39,964 nt of DNA. Source: Enterococcus phage EFA-2. The DNA lies in sequence record MT350293.1; one strand, given 5' to 3'. The stretch's first letter is position 1; the number at the start of each line of letters is the position of its first letter. The notes beneath the pieces are model-generated. The model was not told the DNA's origin. It saw nothing but the letters and a program-made list of their open reading frames with translations, and searched no databases. Positions 39,673 to 39,964 of the stretch are shown piece by piece. The position numbers were made by a program, and so were the translations under genes.

Positions 39673-39822
39673 AGGGACACAGAGAGACACTCAAGGTAAA
39701 CCCAAAGGGTCAACCACCAACCCTTAGGGAACCCTCAAGGTCAACCTTCGGTTGGCTTTAGGTGATTGGCTGGGCTTTAGGGACCCCTATGGGGGGGAAC
39801 TTTGGGTTCTTAAACTGTGAGA
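39673..39822. repeat. T7-type direct terminal repeat (copy 2)
   Basis: Identical to 110-259. Confidence 0.5.
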
Positions 39823-39964
39823 TAGTCACTCAGATTTTTATGGTATATTTTAAAGGACCCTCTAGGGACTCCTCAGGCCCTCTCTAGGACCCTCTTTAGG
39901 TAACACCAATAGGATGGCCTATCTTTAGGTATAGACCTTACGGATAGACCATTAGAGGCTCTTT

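Overview
This window is an essentially complete genome of a T7-like podovirus (Autographiviridae, T7 group), shown as the reverse complement of the conventional T7 map. All recognisable genes lie on the minus strand. The T7 right-end genes 19.5 and 19 are at the window start and the early genes 0.3-0.7 are at the window end. Bases 1-401 are identical to 39564-39964, so the record runs through a concatemer junction or circular assembly overlap. The T7-type terminal repeat is internal at about 110-259 and again at 39673-39822.

The identification rests on four things:
- Seventeen T7 RNA polymerase promoters read on the minus strand as ccctatagtgagtcgtatta.
- The Tphi and TE terminators.
- The conserved gene 10A/10B -1 frameshift.
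- RNase III hairpins, E. coli-type early promoters A1-A3, and about 55 protein genes colinear with T7 (RNAP, ligase, SSB, endonuclease I, lysozyme, primase-helicase, DNA polymerase, exonuclease, portal, scaffold, capsid, tail and core proteins, holin, terminase).

All comparisons with T7 are from my memory of the T7 sequence, not from a search. The ORF-track plus-strand ORFs are antisense artefacts.

Differences from T7:
- The T7 HNH/homing-endonuclease genes 2.8, 3.8 and 7.7, plus genes 1.4 and 5.3, are absent with clean junctions.
- A different HNH endonuclease gene sits between a truncated gene 1.7 and gene 1.8.
- Two unknown early ORFs, each preceded by a copy of the R0.5-type RNase III hairpin, lie between genes 0.4 and 0.5.
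- A 64-aa hydrophobic-N-terminus ORF lies between genes 1.5 and 1.6.
- A 38-aa Cys-rich micro-ORF lies between genes 5.5 and 5.7.
- The tail fibre gene 17 is chimeric at 768 aa: a T7-like N-terminal adaptor joined to an unrelated C-terminal domain that looks like a beta-helix tailspike.
- The DNA polymerase has a 14-aa insertion before the O-helix.
- The phi10 promoter has T instead of G at +1.
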